From NCBI GenBank assembly GCA_965215605.1, contig OZ244070.1, positions 576,001 to 640,000 of the forward strand: a DNA stretch of 64,000 nucleotides, written 5' to 3'. The stretch's first letter is position 1. Each line of letters begins with the position of its first letter. Made by a program: the position numbers and the translations under genes. The notes under the pieces were generated by a model. That model was given only the letters and a program-made list of their open reading frames with translations, had not been told where the DNA came from and did not search any database. Below are positions 9,330 to 19,478 of the stretch, piece after piece. The DNA is from an uncultured Candidatus Binatia bacterium. GTDB taxonomy: Bacteria; Desulfobacterota; Binatia; UBA9968; JAJDTQ01.

Positions 9330-10769
9330 TCAGGAGACCTGCGGCGGCCTTCGAGTGTGCCATCCGGCCGCCTGCTCGTAGGCGTGCGCCACCTGCAACA
9401 ACGCCGGTTCCTCGAAATGGGGCGCCGCGAACTGCAGGCCGATGGGGAGACCTCGGGCGGAAAACCCGCCGGGCACGCTAACCGCCGGCGCGCCGGTGAC
9501 GTTGAACGGGATCGTGCAAAGGGTCCCCCGAGTGCCGCGGGCGTCGGACAACGGGATCCGCCCTCCCGCCGTTTCCACATACCCTTGCTCGCACTCTTCG
9601 ATGGTCTCGGCCGGCATGCTCACCGCCGGGCTCACGATCACGTCCACCTGCTCGAAGGCCCGGTCGAAGGACTCGCAGATGAGCCGCCGGACACGCTGTG
9701 CGGTGACGTACGCGTGGGCGGGGAGCGTCAGTGCGAGGACCTGCCGGCACATCAGCCCCGGACTGTAGTCCCGCGGGCGGGTGCGCAGAAAAGGCTCGGC
9801 CGGAGACAGGTTCTCCGCCCGAGCCGTGATGAGCTGCACCATGGGGATGTACTCGACGTACGGGATCGACAGCTCCTGTACGGTCATGCCCAGGGACTCC
9901 AACAGCTCCACGGACGCGGCCGTGGCATCCTTGACCTCGTCCACCGCCAGGTCGTCGAAGTAGTCGCGGACGATCCCGACTTTCAGACCCGCCACCCCCT
10001 CGCCGAGGCGCGCGCCGAAGTCCGGCACGGGAGCGTGGCTCGACAGCGGATCCCTGGGGTCGGCGCCGGCGATGGCTTGCAGCATCAGCGCGCTGTCCCG
10101 CACCGTGCGGGTGAGCACGCCGAAATGGTCCGTGGAATAGCCGCCGGTGCCGGCAACGCCGCCGACCCGGCTCACCCGGCCGTAGGTGGCCTTGAGCCCC
10201 ACCACGCCGCACAGGGACGCCGGGTTGCGCACGGAGCCGGCGTTGTCGGTGCCGATGGAGCCCAGGGCCAGGCCCGCGGCCACGGACGCGGCCGAGCCGC
10301 CGCTGGAACCGCCGGAGACGCGGTTCCGGTCCCAGGGATTGCGGGTGGTGCCGTAGTAGGGATTGATGGTGGTGCAGCCGGCCGCCCACTCGTGCAGGTT
10401 GGTCTTGCCCAGGACCACGGCTCCGGCCTGCCTGAGCCGGGCCACCACCGTGGCGTCCTCGTCCGGGATCCAATCGGAAAGATGTTTCGAGCCCGCCGTA
10501 GTCCGGACACCCGCGGTGGCGAGACTGTCCTTGATGGAGACGGGGATTCCGTGCAACGCGCCGCGGTAGCGGCCCGCGGCCAGGTCGGCCTCGGCTTGGG
10601 CGGCATCCGCCAGCGCCTGCTCCCGGGTCAGGGTGACGAAGGTGTTGAGCTCGGGATCCAGCCGGTCGATACGTTCGAGAAACGCACGGGTCAACTCGAC
10701 CGGCGAGAGCTGCCGCGCCTCGATGCGGCGCGCGGCGTCGGCGATGGTCAGGTCCTGAAGGTCCGTCAC
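9330..10769 (-). CDS. amidase-signature family amidase
   Basis: GTG start overlaps the upstream stop. Motifs IKDSL (Lys), GGSSGGSAA and GTDNAGSVRNP (Ser-cisSer-Lys triad). Confidence 0.88.
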   Translation of the reverse strand: MTDLQDLTIADAARRIEARQLSPVELTRAFLERIDRLDPELNTFVTLTREQALADAAQAEADLAAGRYRGALHGIPVSIKDSLATAGVRTTAGSKHLSDWIPDEDATVVARLRQAGAVVLGKTNLHEWAAGCTTINPYYGTTRNPWDRNRVSGGSSGGSAASVAAGLALGSIGTDNAGSVRNPASLCGVVGLKATYGRVSRVGGVAGTGGYSTDHFGVLTRTVRDSALMLQAIAGADPRDPLSSHAPVPDFGARLGEGVAGLKVGIVRDYFDDLAVDEVKDATAASVELLESLGMTVQELSIPYVEYIPMVQLITARAENLSPAEPFLRTRPRDYSPGLMCRQVLALTLPAHAYVTAQRVRRLICESFDRAFEQVDVIVSPAVSMPAETIEECEQGYVETAGGRIPLSDARGTRGTLCTIPFNVTGAPAVSVPGGFSARGLPIGLQFAAPHFEEPALLQVAHAYEQAAGWHTRRPPQVS

Positions 10770-11722
10770 AGGTAACCCTGCTCCCTGCAGAACTTCTCTG
10801 CACCGGGGTGGAGCGGCACGTCCAGGGGCGTGGCCTCCGTGTCCTTCCACAACTGGTCGATGCCGGTCAGCGTCTCCCAGTAGATCTCGTTCTGGCGCTC
10901 CTTCAGCGCCGCGCACACCTTGTAGACGTCCTCGTCGGGCAGCGAGGCGCGGGTGTAGAGGGGCCATCCGCCGTAGTCGATGCAGGTGTGGTCCGCCTTG
11001 AGATGGGGGTAGCACCCGGCCGGCATGGTCACCGTGCGCCAGCCCAGGGCGTTGAGCCGCTCCATGGCAAAATCGTCAGGGGTGACGGGCTCCATGCCGC
11101 GCGACAGGGCGTCATCGAACCACAGCACCAGGCCCTCGTCGAAGACCGCGTCGATGGTCTCCTCCCTGAGCGCGGCCATCCGCCGCTCGTCCCCGGGCCC
11201 GCCGTTGAGCTGAAGGCTGCCGCCCCAGGATTCCAGGTCCGCCAGCGTGAACCCGTAGATCTCCAGGGTCTGGTCCAGCAGCACGCGGGTGGAATGAGTG
11301 GCGTCCTCGCGGATGGACAGCCGCAACGGGTATTTCCGTTCCTTGATCTGGGACAGCGACGTCAGTCCGGTGCGCGGGTGAATCATGAACACGAAGCGGT
11401 CCCAGGACGGGTAGCAGGCCACGACCCTGAGCGGCAGCGGCTCCTTGAAGAGCCCGACGCCCCGGTAGGCCTGGGTGAGGAATGCCGACGGGTTGACCAT
11501 GGACATCTCCAGATCCCCCTTGGCCACCGCGTGGGCGATGATGGGCGAGCCCGTGGACATGCGCAGCCAGGGGCGGAAATTCTCTCCGGACCCGCTCCCC
11601 ACCGAGATGCACATGTCCCGGTTGCCGTAGTAGGGCGTGTTCGGGTCGCCGGCGACATGCAGCCCGATCTGCCATAGCATCAGGCCGCGTTGAAAGTTGG
11701 CTCCGCGCGGGAGTCGCTCCAT
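10766..11722 (-). CDS. TAXI-like TRAP solute-binding fold protein
   Basis: C-terminal VPLHPGAEKFCREQGYL is TAXI-like; GSGSG and SLSQIK motifs; GGAGG RBS before ATG 11722. No clear signal peptide. Confidence 0.65.
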   Translation of the reverse strand: MERLPRGANFQRGLMLWQIGLHVAGDPNTPYYGNRDMCISVGSGSGENFRPWLRMSTGSPIIAHAVAKGDLEMSMVNPSAFLTQAYRGVGLFKEPLPLRVVACYPSWDRFVFMIHPRTGLTSLSQIKERKYPLRLSIREDATHSTRVLLDQTLEIYGFTLADLESWGGSLQLNGGPGDERRMAALREETIDAVFDEGLVLWFDDALSRGMEPVTPDDFAMERLNALGWRTVTMPAGCYPHLKADHTCIDYGGWPLYTRASLPDEDVYKVCAALKERQNEIYWETLTGIDQLWKDTEATPLDVPLHPGAEKFCREQGYL

Positions 11723-11752
11723 GGTTGACCTCCGATCCGGTGATGTAAGCAA

Positions 11753-13897
11753 CTACTCCAGCAGCCCCGCGCCCCTGGCCCACCTGTACTTGGCGCCCAG
11801 GATCGCCACCGGCAGCTCGGTGGTGTAGGGACAGGCCACGATGCCCCGCTCGTAGAGGTACTCCGAGGCCTCCTCCACCTGCACGTCGCCCACCAGCGAC
11901 ACCACCACGGGCTTGTCGATGCCCTTGTCGCGCCCTTCCTGCACCACCCGGGCGCACAGCTCGGCGAAGACCATGGGCGGCGTGATGATGGTGTGCCAAT
12001 AGCCCAGGATCAGGGCGTGGATGCGGTCGTCCTCCAGGCCGAACCGGATGGTGCGCTCGTAAGTGGTGGGCGGCTCGCCGCCGGTGATGTCCACTGGATT
12101 GCCCGAGGCGCCGAAGGGCGGGATGAACTGCTTGAAGCCTTGGTCCAGGTCCTGGGGAAACTTCATGAGCGAGAGCCCGTTGGCCACCACCGCGTCCGAC
12201 AGGAGCACCCCCGAGCCGCCGGCGCCGGTGATGATGACGATCTCCTCGCCCTTGGGCGCCGGCAGTACGGACAGGCCCCGGGCGAACTGGAGCATGTCGT
12301 TCAGCGAGTAGGCGCGCACCACGCCGCAGGCCTTCAGAAGGTCATCATAGACCTTGTCGTCGCCGGCCAGCGCGCCGGTGTGGGAGGCCGCGGCGCGGGC
12401 GCCGAGCTGGGTGCGGCCGGCCTTGAGCATGACCACGGGCTTCTTCTTCGACACGCGGCTGGCCACCTCGTAGAAGCTGCGGCCGTCCTTGAGGTCCTCG
12501 GCGTGCATGGCCACCACCTGGGTGTTGTCGTCCTGCTCGAAGTAGGTCAGCAGGTCGTCCTCGTCGAGGTCCGACTTGTTGCCAAGGCCGACGATGGCCG
12601 AGACCCCCATGCGGGTGGAGCGGCTGAAGCCGATGATGGACATGCCCACGCCGCCGCTCTGGGACGACAGCGCCACCGGCCCCTTGACGTCGTAGGGGGT
12701 GCAGAACGTGGCGCAGAGGTTGGCCGGCGTGTAGTAGAAGCCGTAAATGTTGGGTCCCATGACGCGCACATTGTGCTTGCGCGCCTCCGCCAGAAGCTCC
12801 TCCTGCATCTCCTTCTCGCCCACCTCGGCAAAGCCCGACGGGATCATCACGGCGCCCGGTATGCCCTTCTCCCCCACCTCGGTCATGGCCGCGGCGCAGA
12901 ACTTCGCCGGCACCGCGAAGATGGCCACGTCCACGTCCTCCGGGATGTCCTTGACGCTCTTGTAGCACCTCTTCCCCAGGATCTCGTCCGCCCTGGGGTT
13001 GATGGGGTAGAGGGCGCCGGCGTAGCCGCCGTTGATGATGTTCTTCATCACCGAGTTGCCGATCTTCCCTTCCCCGTCGGAGGCGCCGATGACAGCCACC
13101 GCCTTCGGGTTCATGATGCGCCGCATGGCCGAGACGATCTCGTCCCGGGACGGCCGGTAGGGCTCGGGCGGCGGCGCGAAGTCCACGGTCATCACGCTGT
13201 CCACCGCGGTGGCGCCGTCGGCCCCCGCCAGCACCGGGTTCAGGTCCACCTCCCGGATCTCGGGGAATTCACTCACCAGCTCCGATACGCCGACGATGAT
13301 GTCGGCCAGGGCCTCCCGGTGCACGGCGGCGGCGCCCCGGACTCCCTTGAGAACTTCCGCCGCGGCCACGCCGTCCAGCATGGACAGGGCGTCGTCACGG
13401 CTTGCCGGCGCCAGCCGGAAGGTGACGTCGCGCAGCACCTCCACCAGCACCCCGCCCAGTCCGAAGGCCACCACCTTGCCGAAGCTCGGATCGGTCACCG
13501 CGCCGACGATGACTTCCACGCCCTTGCCGGATACCTGTTGCTGGACCTGGACACCGTCCAGCACGGCGTCGGCCTTGTAGATCCGGGCGTTCTTGATAAG
13601 AGTCCGGTAGGCCTGCTCCGCCTGCTCCCGACCCGACACCCCCACCAGCACGCCGCCGGCCTCGGTCTTGTGCAGGATGTCCTTCGAGACGATCTTCATC
13701 ACCACCGGAAAGCCGATGTCCTCGGCCAGTTCCGAGGCATCCGCCGCCGATTGAGCCACCCCTTCCCGCGGCAGCGGAACGCCGTAGGCCCGCAGCAACG
13801 CGCTGCATTCCGACGGCGACAACGCGGTGCGTCCCTCGGACCTGACTTCATTCAAGAGCGCGAGGACTTGCTCCCGCCGATCCGTTCCCGCTTGCAT
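11753..13897 (-). CDS. ADP-forming acyl-CoA synthetase (acetate-CoA ligase family; ATP-grasp + CoA-binding fusion)
   Basis: N-terminal ATP-grasp (GFPVVMKIVS..ILHKTEAGGV, DLNP), CoA-binding VIGAS, and ASHTGALAG phospho-His motif. Confidence 0.88.
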   Translation of the reverse strand: MQAGTDRREQVLALLNEVRSEGRTALSPSECSALLRAYGVPLPREGVAQSAADASELAEDIGFPVVMKIVSKDILHKTEAGGVLVGVSGREQAEQAYRTLIKNARIYKADAVLDGVQVQQQVSGKGVEVIVGAVTDPSFGKVVAFGLGGVLVEVLRDVTFRLAPASRDDALSMLDGVAAAEVLKGVRGAAAVHREALADIIVGVSELVSEFPEIREVDLNPVLAGADGATAVDSVMTVDFAPPPEPYRPSRDEIVSAMRRIMNPKAVAVIGASDGEGKIGNSVMKNIINGGYAGALYPINPRADEILGKRCYKSVKDIPEDVDVAIFAVPAKFCAAAMTEVGEKGIPGAVMIPSGFAEVGEKEMQEELLAEARKHNVRVMGPNIYGFYYTPANLCATFCTPYDVKGPVALSSQSGGVGMSIIGFSRSTRMGVSAIVGLGNKSDLDEDDLLTYFEQDDNTQVVAMHAEDLKDGRSFYEVASRVSKKKPVVMLKAGRTQLGARAAASHTGALAGDDKVYDDLLKACGVVRAYSLNDMLQFARGLSVLPAPKGEEIVIITGAGGSGVLLSDAVVANGLSLMKFPQDLDQGFKQFIPPFGASGNPVDITGGEPPTTYERTIRFGLEDDRIHALILGYWHTIITPPMVFAELCARVVQEGRDKGIDKPVVVSLVGDVQVEEASEYLYERGIVACPYTTELPVAILGAKYRWARGAGLLE

Positions 13898-13977
13898 CTT
13901 GTACGGCCTCCGTTCCTGGAGAATGAACCCGACGGCTTCCCCTGACGCGCGACGGGAGCATCTCAATTCGGAAGAAT

Positions 13978-15216
13978 CTATCGAGTGAACGCGCCGGCGC
14001 TTCTCAGCGCGGCGATCTCCTCCGCGCCGTATCCCAGGACCTCGCTCAGCACCTCGTCGGTGTGCTCGCCCAGAAGCGGCGAGCGCTCGACCTCCACCGG
14101 CGAGTCCGAGAGCTTGATGGGGCAACCCACGTTGTACCAGGCGCCCCGCTCGGGGTGGTCGACCTCGACCATCATTTCCCGGAGTTGGACATGCTCGTCA
14201 TGCGCCAGATCCTTGGTGCTCATGATGGGGCCACAGGGAACGTCGAGATCGTTCAGGATCTCCATCAGCTCCCATTTGGTGTAGTCCCGGGCGAATTCGG
14301 CCAGCAGGCGCCACATCTCCCCCTGGTTGGCGCGCCGGACGTCGATGTCCGTGAATCGCGGGTCCTCGGCCAGCGCCTCGCCGCCGATACGAGTAGCCAA
14401 GGCCGTCCACACGTGCTCCTGCACCACCACGTAGAGGTAGTCGTTGGCGCCGCCGGGTTTGCACGGGACGGCGTTGCCCAGTTGGCCGCCGCCGGAGTCG
14501 TTGCCCGCCCGGGGGGTGAAGTCCTCGAACTCCTGCACCGAATACTCGGCCAGGGGCCCGTGCTCGATGCGCTGATGGTCCCGGAACTTCACCCGGCACA
14601 GGTTCATGACGCAGTCCATCATGGCGCACTCCACGTACTGGCCGCGCCCGGTGCGCTCCCGCTGGAGCAGCGCCGCCAGGATACCGGCCAGCAGGTGCAC
14701 GCCGGTGCCCGAGTCGCCGATCTGCGCTCCGGTGACCACCGGCGGGCCGTCGAACATGCCGCTGGTGCTCATGGCCCCGCCCATGGCCTGGGCCACGTTC
14801 TCGTAGGCCTTGAAGGCGGCGTACGGCCCTTCACTGCCGAAGCCCTTGATGGAGCCCATGATCAGCCGGGGATTCAGCTCGTGCACCTTCTCCCAGCCGA
14901 AACCGAGACGGTCCAGCACGCCGGGGCCGAAGTTTTCCAGCAGGACGTCGCACTCCTTCACCAGCCGGGTGAACACCTCCTTGCCCCGGTCGTTCTTCAG
15001 GTTCACCGTGATGGAGCGCTTGTTGCAGTTCAGCATGGTGAAGTAGAGGCTATCCGCGTCGGGGATGTCCCGGAGCTGCTTGCGCGTGGCGTCGCCCGCG
15101 GGGGACTCGAGCTTGATGACGTCGGCGCCGAGGAAGGCCATGAGCTGGCTCGAAGTGGGGCCGGCCTGGACATGGGTCATGTCCAGGATGCGAATGCCTG
15201 AGAGTGCCTTGTCCAT
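13978..15216 (-). CDS. frc: formyl-CoA transferase (CoA-transferase family III)
   Basis: HVQAGP, YFTMLNCNKRSITVNLK, YENVAQAMGG, GAQIGDSGTG (catalytic Asp) and GNDSGGGQLG tetraglycine-like loop. Confidence 0.88.
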   Translation of the reverse strand: MDKALSGIRILDMTHVQAGPTSSQLMAFLGADVIKLESPAGDATRKQLRDIPDADSLYFTMLNCNKRSITVNLKNDRGKEVFTRLVKECDVLLENFGPGVLDRLGFGWEKVHELNPRLIMGSIKGFGSEGPYAAFKAYENVAQAMGGAMSTSGMFDGPPVVTGAQIGDSGTGVHLLAGILAALLQRERTGRGQYVECAMMDCVMNLCRVKFRDHQRIEHGPLAEYSVQEFEDFTPRAGNDSGGGQLGNAVPCKPGGANDYLYVVVQEHVWTALATRIGGEALAEDPRFTDIDVRRANQGEMWRLLAEFARDYTKWELMEILNDLDVPCGPIMSTKDLAHDEHVQLREMMVEVDHPERGAWYNVGCPIKLSDSPVEVERSPLLGEHTDEVLSEVLGYGAEEIAALRSAGAFTR

Positions 15217-15251
15217 GGGATTCCCTGGTTGCTTGTATCTTGTATCCCTGG

Positions 15252-17003
15252 CTACTTGTACATGGTCTGACGTTTGGTGCCGGGAGCCCATTCACCGGCG
15301 TTGACCCAGATGTTGACGACGGCCGACTTGCCGGAGGTCCGCACCGATTCCCGCGCCCGGCGCAGCGCCGGCGCGACCTCGCGGCAGTCGGTGACCTCCT
15401 CGCCGTATCCGCCCAGCATCTCCGCGAACTTCGAGAAGGGCACGTCACCGAGAAGGTTGCCGACGTTGCCGCGCTCGTCCCCGTACTTGGAGAGCTGGCC
15501 GTAGCGTATCTGGTTCATGGCGGAGTTGTTGCCGATGACCGCGATATAGGGAGCACCGAACCGGTTGGCGGTCTCCATGTCGAACGCGGTCATGCCAAAG
15601 GAGCCGTCGCCGTAGTAACACAGGACTTCCTTCTCCGGGTGCACCAGCTTGGAAGCCAAAGCAAAACCCGTGCCCACCCCCAGCGCGCCAAGGGCGCCGG
15701 GGTCCATCCAGTTGCCGGGCGCCCGGGGCTCCACCGCCTGGGCGCTGATGGTCACGACGTCGCCGCCGTCGCCGATGTAGATGGTGTCCTCGGTGAGGAA
15801 CTCGTTGAGCTCCCAGGCCACCCGCCAGGGGTGGATGGGATTGGCGTCGGACGTGAACAGCGGCATGAGCTTGGCCGCCCGCTCATCCTCGATGCCGCGG
15901 AGATGCTCAAGCCAACGGGCGCGGCCCTCGGCGCCGTTGTCCGGCCGTTCCTCCACCGCCGCGTGCACCGCCTTGAGGATCGCTCCCGGATCGCCCACCA
16001 TGCCCAGGCCGACGTCGCGGTTCTTGGCCACGGTCCGGTAGTCCATGTCGATGTGGACCACGGTGGCGTCGGCCCGCAGCCGCCGGCCGTAGCCCATGCG
16101 GAAATCGAAGGGCGTGCCGGCGATGACGATGACGTCGGCTTCGCCGAAGGCGTCGCCGCGGGTGCGGTTGAAGTAGTGTGGGTCGCCGGGGGGCAGCAGA
16201 CCCCGGGCGGCCCCGTTCATGTAACAGGGCACGTTGAGGGCCTTGAACAGCGAGGTGGCGGCCTCGTGGCCGCGGCAGGTCCACACCTGCGTGCCCAGCA
16301 GCACCGCCGGGCGCTCGGACCGCGCCAGCAGCTCCGCCAGCTTCTCGATGTCCGCGGGATCGCCGATGGTTTTCGTGGACGCCCGTGAGCGTCCGGCCTC
16401 CGGCACGATGGCCCTGTCCGCCGGCACCTCCCGGTCGAGCACGTCCCGAGGAATCTCCAGGTAGCTCGGTCCCGGCGCCCCGGCAAAGCACTCCCGCGCC
16501 GCCATGGCCACCATGTCGGCGATGCGTTCGGTGGAACGAACGCTGGCCGAGAACTTGGTGATGGGGGCGGCCACGTCGACATGGGGCAGGTCCTGCAGCG
16601 AGCCCATCTTGTGCTGGGTGAGGGCGCCCTGCCCGCCGATATGCAGCACCGGGCTCTCCGACCGGAACGCGGTGGCGATGCCCGTCAGCGCGTTGGTGAA
16701 GCCCGGGCCGGCGGTGGTCACCACGCAGCCCAGCCGCCCGGTCTGCCGCGCATAGCCGTCCGCCGCATGCGCCGCCACCTGTTCGTGGCGCACGTCCACC
16801 ACGCGGATGCCGTGGTCGATGCAGCCGTCGTAGATGTCGATGATATGCCCGCCGCAGAGAGTGAAGATGGTATCCACCCCCTCGTTCTTGAGCGCCGCCG
16901 CCACCAGATGACCGCCCGAGACCACGTTCTCGTCGCGGCTCTTGCGGGCCAGGGTGTCGTCGGCCGTGTTGGAAGTTCGAGTGTCGGTTGAAACCCTTGC
17001 CAT
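15252..17003 (-). CDS. ThDP-dependent enzyme, oxalyl-CoA decarboxylase / 2-hydroxyacyl-CoA lyase-like
   Basis: RHEQVAAHAADG catalytic Glu and GDGSFG...GNN ThDP motif; directly upstream of frc. Confidence 0.8.
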   Translation of the reverse strand: MARVSTDTRTSNTADDTLARKSRDENVVSGGHLVAAALKNEGVDTIFTLCGGHIIDIYDGCIDHGIRVVDVRHEQVAAHAADGYARQTGRLGCVVTTAGPGFTNALTGIATAFRSESPVLHIGGQGALTQHKMGSLQDLPHVDVAAPITKFSASVRSTERIADMVAMAARECFAGAPGPSYLEIPRDVLDREVPADRAIVPEAGRSRASTKTIGDPADIEKLAELLARSERPAVLLGTQVWTCRGHEAATSLFKALNVPCYMNGAARGLLPPGDPHYFNRTRGDAFGEADVIVIAGTPFDFRMGYGRRLRADATVVHIDMDYRTVAKNRDVGLGMVGDPGAILKAVHAAVEERPDNGAEGRARWLEHLRGIEDERAAKLMPLFTSDANPIHPWRVAWELNEFLTEDTIYIGDGGDVVTISAQAVEPRAPGNWMDPGALGALGVGTGFALASKLVHPEKEVLCYYGDGSFGMTAFDMETANRFGAPYIAVIGNNSAMNQIRYGQLSKYGDERGNVGNLLGDVPFSKFAEMLGGYGEEVTDCREVAPALRRARESVRTSGKSAVVNIWVNAGEWAPGTKRQTMYK

Positions 17004-17107
17004 GTATGTGTTTCCTTCGCAGGGGCGTGTGCTGGCCAGCGGCCGGTAAGTGAAGTAGTTAATCCCTGTCCGCCACGTCTGTCAATCAGGCTTGTCCGGA
17101 GGTTCCC

Positions 17108-17902
17108 GTGACCTTGACCATCACTCAGGTCGACGCTTTCACCAGCGAACCCTTCGGCGGCAACCCGGCCGCCGTGTGCCTGTTGCCCGCTCCGGCCGAT
17201 GCCGGGTGGATGCAGAGGGTGGCGCGGGAGATGAACCTGTCGGAGACCGCCTTCCTGGTCCGCCGGGCAGACGGCGGGTTCGACCTGCGCTGGTTCACAC
17301 CCGCGGTGGAGGTCGACCTTTGCGGCCATGCCACGCTGGCGAGCGCTCATGTGCTTTGGGAGGAAAAGCACTTGCCGCCGGATGCAACCGCCGTCTTCCA
17401 CACCCGCTCCGGCCGGTTGTCGGCGGAACTACGCGACGGATGGATCGAGATGGACTTCCCGGCGGAGCCGGACGAGCCCGCGCCCGCTCCCTACGCGCTG
17501 GCCGCCGGCTTGGGCGCCGAGCTGGCCTACATCGGCCGAAACCGCTTCGACTACCTCGTGGAGGTCGACACGCAGGCCACGGTGGAGGGGCTCACCCCGG
17601 ACTTCAGCCGTCTCGCGGAGATCGACACGCGCGGGATCATCGTCACGGCGCGAGCGGACGCCGGCGGCATCGACTTCGTGTCGCGCTTCTTCGCCCCGAG
17701 AACCGGCATCGACGAGGATCCCGTCACCGGGTCGGCACACTGCTGCCTCGGGCCCTACTGGCAATCCCGCCTCGGCCGCGACGCGTTCACCGCACGGCAG
17801 GTGTCGGAACGCGGCGGACTCGTCAAGGTCGTTGTCCGCGGCCAACGCGTCACGCTGTCGGGTCAGGCGGTAACCGTCCTGCGCGGCACACTGCTGACGT
17901 AA
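17108..17902 (+). CDS. PhzF-family epimerase/isomerase
   Basis: VDAFT..PFGGNPAAV, NLSETAF, EVDLCGHAT and EDPVTGSAH motifs; GGAGG RBS. Confidence 0.92.
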   Translation: MTLTITQVDAFTSEPFGGNPAAVCLLPAPADAGWMQRVAREMNLSETAFLVRRADGGFDLRWFTPAVEVDLCGHATLASAHVLWEEKHLPPDATAVFHTRSGRLSAELRDGWIEMDFPAEPDEPAPAPYALAAGLGAELAYIGRNRFDYLVEVDTQATVEGLTPDFSRLAEIDTRGIIVTARADAGGIDFVSRFFAPRTGIDEDPVTGSAHCCLGPYWQSRLGRDAFTARQVSERGGLVKVVVRGQRVTLSGQAVTVLRGTLLT

Positions 17903-17913
17903 CCGCCGCTCGC

Positions 17914-18012
17914 CGTCATTTCGGGTTGAACCCGAAGTCGGGATGGCGGAACCAGCATGTTCAGGTCCCCGATTACAGCCAACCTGGAGCCCCGATCAAG
18001 TCCAGAGTAACG
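17914..18012. repeat. degenerate REP-like palindromic element(s) between convergent phzF and nuoN
   Basis: CGTCAT followed by the palindrome TTCGGGTT-G-AACCCGAA (17920-17936), and a degenerate inverted partner CCCCGATCAAGTCCAGAGTAACG. Similar in layout to the element at 55443. Confidence 0.4.
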
Positions 18013-18035
18013 AGTTCCCGGTTCCCGGCCGCACT

Positions 18036-19478
18036 TCAGGCGAGGCTTCCGATGGCCGCCTGGATGACGCCCAGCAGCGGCGCGGGGTAGACCCCGAACC
18101 AGATCAGCAGCACCGTCAGCCCGGCGAGCACGAGGCCCTCGGGCAGGGAGAAGCGGCGGGTGGCGGGCAGGGGGGAGGACGGGTCTTCCAGCGGCGTCAG
18201 GTAGAGGGTGATGATGATGCGCAGGTAGTAGTAGAGGCCGATAACGCTGCTGACCACCAGCAGGATCACCAGTGTCCATTGATCGGACAGCACTCCGGCG
18301 GCGAGGACGTAGAATTTGCCCACGAACCCGGCGGTGAGCGGGATCCCGGCCAGGGAGAACAGCATCAGCGAGAGCGCGCCGCTGACCCAGGGGCGGCGCC
18401 AGAAGAGCCCGCGGTAATCGCTGACCTCGTCGGCTTCCTTGCGCTCGTCGGAGAGCGCGGTGATGATGCCGAAAATTCCCAGCGAGGTGATGAAATAGGC
18501 CACCAGGTAGAACGTCACCGCATGGGACCCTTCCCGTGACGCGGCGATCACCGCCACCAGCAGGTAACCGAGGTGGGCGATGGAGGAGTAGGCCAGCAGG
18601 CGCTTGATGTTCTCCTGCAACAGCGCCAGGAGGTTGCCGAGGAACATGGAGGCCACGGCGATGATGGCCAGCACCGCCACCACCGAGTCATAGTCCAGCA
18701 GCCCGCCGTACTGGCCGTAACGGAGCAGCAACGCCACCATGGCGCCCTTGGAGACCGTGGTCAGATAGGCCGTCACCGGGGTGGGGGCGCCCTGGTACAC
18801 GTCCGGCGCCCACATGTGGAAGGGTACCACCGCAAGCTTGAAGCCGGCGCCGATGACAACCATGGCGAAGCCCCCGAGCAGCAGCAAGGAGGGCTCCCGG
18901 GCCTTGCCGGCGAGAACGGCGGTCATGGCCGTGAAGTCCATGGTGCCCAGGTCCGCGTAGATGAGCGCCATGCCGAACAGCAGGAAGGCCGCGGACACCG
19001 CCGCCAGGATCAGGTACTTGACGCCGGATTCGAGAGCCGTCCGGGTGGTGCGGAGATAGGCCACCAAGCCGTACAGGGAGACGCTCAGGATCTCCAGCCC
19101 CAGGAAAAACGAAATGAAGTGATTGCTCGCGGTCAACACGGCGCAGCCGAAGGTGGCCAGCGTGAGCAGCAGGTAGAATTCCTCCCGATTCCCGGGAGCG
19201 CGGTCCAGGTAGCTGTACGACAGCACCACCACCACCATGGTGGCCGCCGTGAGCAGGCCCATATAGAACAGCGCATACGCGTCGATGACCAGCAGCGGAG
19301 CCGCCGGCGGCGCCGAGGGCCCGACCGCGGCGGGCAACACCGCCAGCGCCAGCGCCATCCCCGCCAGGGCCAGCACCGCCGTGAGCGCGTGGTTGCGGCG
19401 GAACGAGATCACCAGCATCAGCACCAGCGGCGTCAGGCCCAGGAGAACGATGGGGGTCAGTGCACCGAACAGGTTCAC
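18036..19478 (-). CDS. nuoN: NADH-quinone oxidoreductase subunit N
   Basis: GFKLAVVPFHMWAPDVYQGAPTP, KRLLAYSSIAH; last gene of the operon. Confidence 0.95.
   Translation of the reverse strand: MNLFGALTPIVLLGLTPLVLMLVISFRRNHALTAVLALAGMALALAVLPAAVGPSAPPAAPLLVIDAYALFYMGLLTAATMVVVVLSYSYLDRAPGNREEFYLLLTLATFGCAVLTASNHFISFFLGLEILSVSLYGLVAYLRTTRTALESGVKYLILAAVSAAFLLFGMALIYADLGTMDFTAMTAVLAGKAREPSLLLLGGFAMVVIGAGFKLAVVPFHMWAPDVYQGAPTPVTAYLTTVSKGAMVALLLRYGQYGGLLDYDSVVAVLAIIAVASMFLGNLLALLQENIKRLLAYSSIAHLGYLLVAVIAASREGSHAVTFYLVAYFITSLGIFGIITALSDERKEADEVSDYRGLFWRRPWVSGALSLMLFSLAGIPLTAGFVGKFYVLAAGVLSDQWTLVILLVVSSVIGLYYYLRIIITLYLTPLEDPSSPLPATRRFSLPEGLVLAGLTVLLIWFGVYPAPLLGVIQAAIGSLA

Noticed and set aside
9330-10769. 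Amidase as gatA
   Set aside because: No gatB/gatC nearby, and the context is catabolic.
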